DNA from: Octopus vulgaris | Lineage: Eukaryota | NCBI GenBank assembly: GCA_951406725.2 | Contig: OX597828.1 | Coordinates: forward strand, 9,858,001 to 9,922,000 | Direction: 5' to 3' | DNA length: 64,000 nucleotides | Shown: positions 57,958-64,000 of the stretch, piece by piece | Numbering within the stretch: the stretch's first letter is position 1 | Layout: the number at the start of each line of letters is the position of its first letter | Position numbers and translations under genes: made by a program | The notes under the pieces: model-generated | The model's database searches: none | Told to the model about the DNA's origin: nothing | The model's input: only the letters and a program-made list of their open reading frames with translations

Positions 57958-58054
57958 TATGTATGTATATTGATAGAAGTATCAATATACAACTACACTG
58001 GAGTAGTTGCGTATTTTCATATTACATTTTTATTTTACTATTCCTTCATTCTTT

Positions 58055-58440
58055 CCCTTGTTTCAGTCATTTGACTGCAGCCATACTGGAGCACTGCCTT
58101 AAAGGGTTTTAGCGGGCAAATCGATTCTAGAAGTGCCTAGTAGTTATCCTATCCGATAAGTTACTGGAACGCTGGCTCAACGACACTGTTTGTAAAATTG
58201 TGTGGGAGGACAAACACAGAAACAATGAAAAATTCACTCGCCTGCACACTACACACACACACACACACAAGCACACACACACACATATACGACGTGCTTT
58301 ATTCACGTTCTCTCTACCAAATCCACTCAAAAGGACTTCGTTAGCCCGAGGCTGCAGCAGAAGACATATGCTGAAGGTGTCACGCTGTGGGACTGAAAAC
58401 AGAATCATGTGGTTGGAAAACAAGCTTTATGCAGCCACTT
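58055..58440 (-). mobile_element. SINE family C, near full length
   Basis: cttgtttcagtcatttgactgcagccatactggagcactgcc ... internal (CA)n ... accaaatccactca ... gtgggactgaa ... catgtggttgg. Confidence 0.85.
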
Positions 58441-59530
58441 CTACATCTATTATCAACTTTTCTTTTTTCTTTAGCATGCTAATGCTTATAGGTGTCTGTC
58501 ACTTAGCTAGGTGTGCCGACTTCAATGGAGTTGAAAACCATCTGACCGCTAACCCAAATTGAAAATCACTGTTGATTAAAACTATCCATTGGTTTCAGTT
58601 TTCTCTTTCCAGCTCTCTGTTCCCTACTGAATTTATGTATATTGCATTTTAATTCATTGTTTATATGCATTGTTTATCACTCTCAATATACGTCTTTATT
58701 GAATGTCGCTATTTTCTTTCCTCTCTCATCCCATTCTTATATTTTGCTTACATTAAGGATGACCAAATTCCAATATTTATATCCAGCATCTTAATTCATA
58801 ACACATAAATTTATTTGATAGTTACATTTATTTATTAATGGCAATACCACTTTAATTTTATCAATTGGCGGTCTTCAGTACATTGTATATATAAAGGATA
58901 ATTTTGTACATATACGTAAACTTCAAGCAATGGTTTAATCATGATATTCTCGCTCTCTGAAGGGCTAACCGTCTATATTTGCATATTAGTGTAGGCATAT
59001 ATAATAAAGTATTATATACTGCCAACGACCGTAATCCTACGGATATGACGTAGTGAAATAACCACTTGATATTCACCTCCCATACTTTCTGTCATTTTAT
59101 GGTCTCTCTCTCTCACTCGATCTCTTTCTACACCCCTTCATGCATGTGTGTGCGTGTGCACACTTGTGTGTGGATCTGTATGTTGTTGCAAGCTTGTGTG
59201 TACCTATGCGTGCGTGTCGTTGTCTTTCTCTCCAACACTTACGTGATAACCGATGATCGTTTGTGTACGTCCCCTTAAAATAACGACATGGCAAAAAAGA
59301 CCGATGCAATAAGTATCAGGCTTTAAAAATAAGTACTGAGGTGTATGTGTGTGTGAGCGTGCGCACGTGTGTGTGAGTGTGCATGTACGCATGAACATTT
59401 ATATATGTTTGTATATATACATGTATTTACATATATACATATATATATATATGTGTGTGTGTGTATATATATATTATATATACATGTATATGCATGTGCA
59501 TATATTTATCTATCTATCTATATCTATCTA

Positions 59531-59603
<73 letters not shown>

Positions 59604-59710
59604 TATGTATGTGTGTTTTTTATATACATATCTATGTACACATATATATTCACACAAACATATATTCATGCCTACGTGCACCCCGCCGCGCGCCCGCACA
59701 CACACATACA

Positions 59711-59764
<54 letters not shown>

Positions 59765-59767
<3 letters not shown>

Positions 59768-61105
59768 CAAAAAGAGATAACAAAGTCACGCCTGTGAGGA
59801 GTTTCAGGACATTTATAAGAAAAGAGATATAGATATAGCCTCACAACCATTTCTGGGATATCATGGATGTCCCTTCATCAGAGACGATGTGAGATGGTTA
59901 AATAGAGGTAAATGATTGAGTTCGAAATAAGGAATTATTATGGAAAAGGAGGAGATTATATATAGAGGGAAATAAGAGAAAGAAAGTAGAAATAAATTCA
60001 TAAATCTTTGTGGTTACACTTCCATTATTTGTATATTGTGGTGTGTAGAAGTGGTAAAAATGTTTCTTGTACACGGTGTGTAAGTTCCATTAGTAGTTCA
60101 TGTTTAGTCATTTCAAAGTATGTAGCCATGGATTCTGTGTTGCTTATTCCAAGGTATTTTGTGGTGTGAATGAAAATTTGAGAATGTATTAGTAGTATTT
60201 GTTGATAGATGGTGTGGCGGGGGTAGAGATGTATACAATTAGAATGAGGAGGTAGTTCAAAGTGAAGACAGGAATAGAAAATGGGAGGAAGAAAGAGAGA
60301 AAAAGAAAAAATAACAATAAAATAACAATAACAATAATAACAATAACAATAATAAAAAGAGAGAAGAAAGAAAACATTAAAAAAGGGTGAAAGAAGTAAG
60401 AAAGGGAGTGTTAGTGGTGGTCAAGATAATGTGAAGCGAGGATGGGAGGGAAGTAGGGAAGGGTGGATAGGAAGAGATGAGGAGGTAAAGAGTGAATAAA
60501 TGTGAGATATATGAGTAGGGGTGATGTGATAGGGCTGTATTAAGGGATAGGTAGAGAAATGATATGGTGGAATGATACCAAATTGAGTAGTAGTTTTAGT
60601 ATTAAAATTTAAAGTGGAGGGAAGTAAAGGATTTCAAATTTATAAAATAAACCTATGCGATAGGTTAGTGAGATTAGAGATGAATAAAGAAGGTATAATG
60701 ACATACGTACGCGTATTCCTGCATTCACTTTGATCTATCTCTTCATTCTAATCATACACATCTCCCCACCCACGTCTATCAACAAATACTACCAATAAAC
60801 TCTCAAATTTTCATTCCCACCACAAAACACCTTGGAATGAGGAACACAGAATCCATAGCTCCATATTTTGAAATGACTAAACATGAACTACTATTGGAAC
60901 TTATATACCATGTAGGGGATTAATTTTTAACGCTTCTATAGACCGCTATACTCAAATAATGGAATTGCAACTACAATGTTTTATATTTTATTTCTACTTT
61001 CATTCTCTTATTTCCTTATTTTTAACTCATAAAATTACCTCTATTTAACCCTCTCACATCGTCTCTGATGAAGGGATATTCATGATATCCCAGAAACAGC
61101 TGTAA

Positions 61106-61107
<2 letters not shown>
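59765..61107. mobile_element. Hammerhead element family H5: two diverged copies as a large inverted repeat
   Basis: ~59840-60277 is the rc of ~60715-61107 around a purine-rich spacer; (TA)n on both outer flanks. Confidence 0.85.
61062..61107 (+). ncRNA. Minimal type-I hammerhead ribozyme (family H5)
   Basis: tct-CTGATGA-a gggatat tcatg atatccc a-GAAAC-agct-GTA-aga. The opposite-arm copy at ~59840-59886 has a degenerate stem III. Confidence 0.8.
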
Positions 61108-61146
<39 letters not shown>

Positions 61147-61185
61147 TATATATCTATATATATACATACATATATATATACATAA

Positions 61186-61219
<34 letters not shown>

Positions 61220-61297
61220 GTGTGTTTTCCTGAGCGCCTAATAATAATAATAATGTTCCACGTGTTGCTGTTTTTTCTGTTTTCCCGTTTGGATTAA

Positions 61298-61426
<129 letters not shown>

Positions 61427-61439
61427 CAACTCTAAATTT

Positions 61440-61900
61440 CCCCACTGGAATACTCAACAAACACATTAACAAGTGTTCTTTTCTTAACTTCAATACCTAT
61501 AACAGATGATACTTTTGAAGTATCGCCGATCAAGGTGATTTTTCAATCAATTATACGTCTAGTAACCTATAAAATATCTTACTTGACTCTCTTTAAGGGC
61601 AAAATAAATTGCTTGCTCATGCAACCGAACGAGAAGTGCATAGTTTTAGGAGATATCGTTATCTTTAACTGCCCAATGTGATTGCAGTATTGTATTATGC
61701 ATGCATTTAGCATCTTAGAAAAATATGTAAAGACTCTGAGAAAGAGAATCTATTCCAGGGAACCATTATAACACTCTGACCTCCATAATATCTGGCACAA
61801 TACATATATTTTTAAAGTGTCCTTTCCCGAATGACCCGCTCTGGATGTTTGCAGTCACTGTTCAATTCCTGAAAATATATGTTTTGAATGTCTAGTTTAT
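61440..61900 (-). mobile_element. Possible decayed Helitron/Pif1-type helicase relic
   Basis: Weak collinear motifs ERTL..., YYGGQSVIMVP (cf. FGGK.V...GDF), QLKIT and FYRLLDV; many stops. Confidence 0.25.
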
Positions 61901-61944
61901 TAAATTTGCCTAGGTGTTATTCTGAACGGTAATAGTAGCAAAGT

Positions 61945-62152
61945 TAGGAAGGAGAAGGAAGGAGACAAAGAGGAAGAAGAAGAAGAAGAAGAAGAAGGAG
62001 GAGGAGGAGGAGAAGAAGAAGAAGAAGAAGAAGAAGATGATGATGATGACGATGATGATGATGAAGAAGAAGAAGAAGAAGAAGAAAGAGAAGGGAGAAT
62101 AAGAAGAAAGAGAAGGAAGAATAAGAAGAAAGAGAAAGAAGAATAAGAAGGA
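61945..62152 (+). repeat. (GAA)n/(GGA)n/(GAT)n purine-rich tract
   Basis: Directly visible. Confidence 0.95.
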
Positions 62153-62339
62153 ATGTAGGTAGTGTGAAAGTAGTAAGATGATAAAAGTTGAAATGACTTA
62201 AAATTGGCTCGTTATGGATTATAACAGTGATTGGGACTATTTTTTAATGAATTCTTGGGAATCTCTTGAGTGCATCATTTTTAATATTTGCGTGTGTATT
62301 TGTGTTATTCTAAGGTCGTGGTGGATATGTCGTTTGTTG

Positions 62340-62790
62340 TAGACACGTTCAAAAGAGAGTCGCTTTACTATTTCATTGGCTCCAGGTTGTATTGTCCCTG
62401 AATTGGTAGAGGGAACATATTCTGAACCTTGGATTTTTGGTATTGGAGCAAATGTCTCTGTGTTGGCAAAATGTAATTTTTTTTATGGGGGGGGGGATTT
62501 TTATCTGGGATCTGTGCAGAGCTATTCTTTTACGTAGACTGTTTTTGTTTGTCCTATGTATTGCTCTTGAGACCCAGAGCAGGTTAGTGTGTATATCAGG
62601 TTCTCCGAAGCACATGTGAAGTTGCTTTTCACTGAGAAACGTTGTCCCTGTTTGAAAGAGAACTCTGATATTTCAATTAAATAGTCGCATATCCCACAGT
62701 TGGGTCTTCCGTATTTTTTTACTGACGGCTTCTGTGTTGTTGAGCGTATTCGGGCTTGTGTTATGAAACTCTTCATAGATTAGGGCTGTC
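62340..62790 (-). mobile_element. Penelope-like element GIY-YIG endonuclease remnant
   Basis: GRPNCGICDY...FTCASENLIYTLTCSGSQEQYIGQT (LIY...YIG), frameshifting into LRKRIALHRSQIK...FCQH... Confidence 0.9.
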
Positions 62791-62827
62791 TCTTTCTTTT
62801 TATGATGGTGTGTGTTTGGAGGATGGT

Positions 62828-62905
62828 GTGGGGAAATTTCGAAACTGGGTTCTCATTCCTAAGGTATTTTTCGATGTTATTATTCCATGCAGTGACCTCA
62901 ATAAC

Positions 62906-62989
<84 letters not shown>

Positions 62990-63655
62990 CAGGTAGTGGC
63001 TCTCATGGCTTCTGATCTTGACTGAATGGAAGTGTTATCATGTACATTGTTTTGTCTTGGTATAAAAGATAGGCTACAGCAAATATTCTACTCAACACCA
63101 CAGATTTGCTTGTCAGTCGTTTGACCTTAACCAGTTGAGCATGTCCCTTAGTGGCTGACGATATGTGCATCTCTGATCACGAGCAGAAGTAGTTGGGGAG
63201 CATCATAGCCATGTGTTGAGAGGAATTCTTTGGGGTTTGAATAATTCACCTCTGGAAATATGGGTGGTTCTTTCAACATCCTTAAACAACCTTTATTCAG
63301 GGACCTTTTGAGCATGATGGGCTACTCAACCTGAGGAAAATTCTAACTGGGCCCCACTTGCAAGGTCATGTGCTGTTTATCTTGATATGAGATCACCATG
63401 TTGCGCACATATGGTTGTGATGCATGTGCCTGGTGTACCCTTATCAGACGGGTAGTCATGATGGGTATATTGGGCTTCGTATATTTTACCCCAGTGTCAC
63501 TTTGATGGTATGAACTGCTCTCTCACTCAATAATAATAATAACAATAATAATGACAAGAACAACAACACCATCGAATATACCTTAGGAATGAGAACCCAG
63601 GTTCGAAATTTCCCCCAAACCTCTGATGTATGCTGGAGGGCATATCAGCCGCAGA
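62828..63655 (+). mobile_element. Family F copy with 5' inverted segment, interrupted by family E
   Basis: 62830-62882 is the rc of ~63563-63615; 62883-62899 (ttccatgcagtgacctc) matches the head/TAA junction of the 40485-40840 copy; tail CTGATGT atgctg...cagcc GCAG. Confidence 0.65.
62990..63528 (+). mobile_element. Family E copy, slightly 5'-truncated, in (TAA)n
   Basis: Homologous to 44603-45137. Confidence 0.85.
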
Positions 63656-63699
63656 ATACTTAATATATATATAGCCAACCCATCATAATAGTATCACAC

Positions 63700-63830
63700 A
63701 TTGTTAAGATAAGTTGGAAGATCAATCAAATGGCACTGCAGTAGGTTCAACCTATGTAGATGATAGATACTTATGTATCTCGTTGGCAACAAGTCAGCAT
63801 CATCATCAGGAGGCACACAGACCACCTCTA
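63700..63830 (+). mobile_element. Collapsed Penelope-like RT relic
   Basis: DQSNGTAVGS (cf. Q..GTAMGS) fused directly to TYVDD, then HTDH (cf. PTHTDQYL). Confidence 0.4.
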
Positions 63831-64000
63831 ACAACAATCTGAACACGTAGACTTCATTGTAACTGACTACCTACCAAAAGAAATTTTCCACACTGCTGTT
63901 GATTGGACCTATTATCTCATTCATTTGTCATTGATATTTTTTCTTTTTTTTTCCTTTTTTTATCTCGTTATTTACTAGAACTTTTCCTCTTTCTACAGTA

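Overview
AT-rich, microsatellite-dense eukaryotic non-coding DNA. The repeat repertoire (tRNA-derived SINEs, huge (TA)n/(TAA)n tracts) looks like an octopus/cephalopod genome; this is an inference from recall, not a search. No host protein-coding exon could be supported, and nearly all listed ORFs are microsatellite artefacts. Recognisable content is transposon-derived: a young 5'-truncated CR1-type LINE, RTE, R4/Dong-type, Penelope (RT and GIY-YIG), mariner and probable Gypsy remnants, two MITEs, a non-autonomous Helitron and several SINE families. The main unexplained signal is at least five unrelated families of short (~390-580 nt) non-coding elements, each carrying a minimal type-I hammerhead ribozyme. 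They sit in (TA)n tracts, and several show terminal direct repeats, circular permutation between copies and an inverted arm. This points to a retrozyme-like, Penelope-mobilised system, possibly with circular RNA intermediates. There is also a candidate tRNA-headed SINE with a hammerhead-like tail and a (TAA)n-targeted ~550 bp element.
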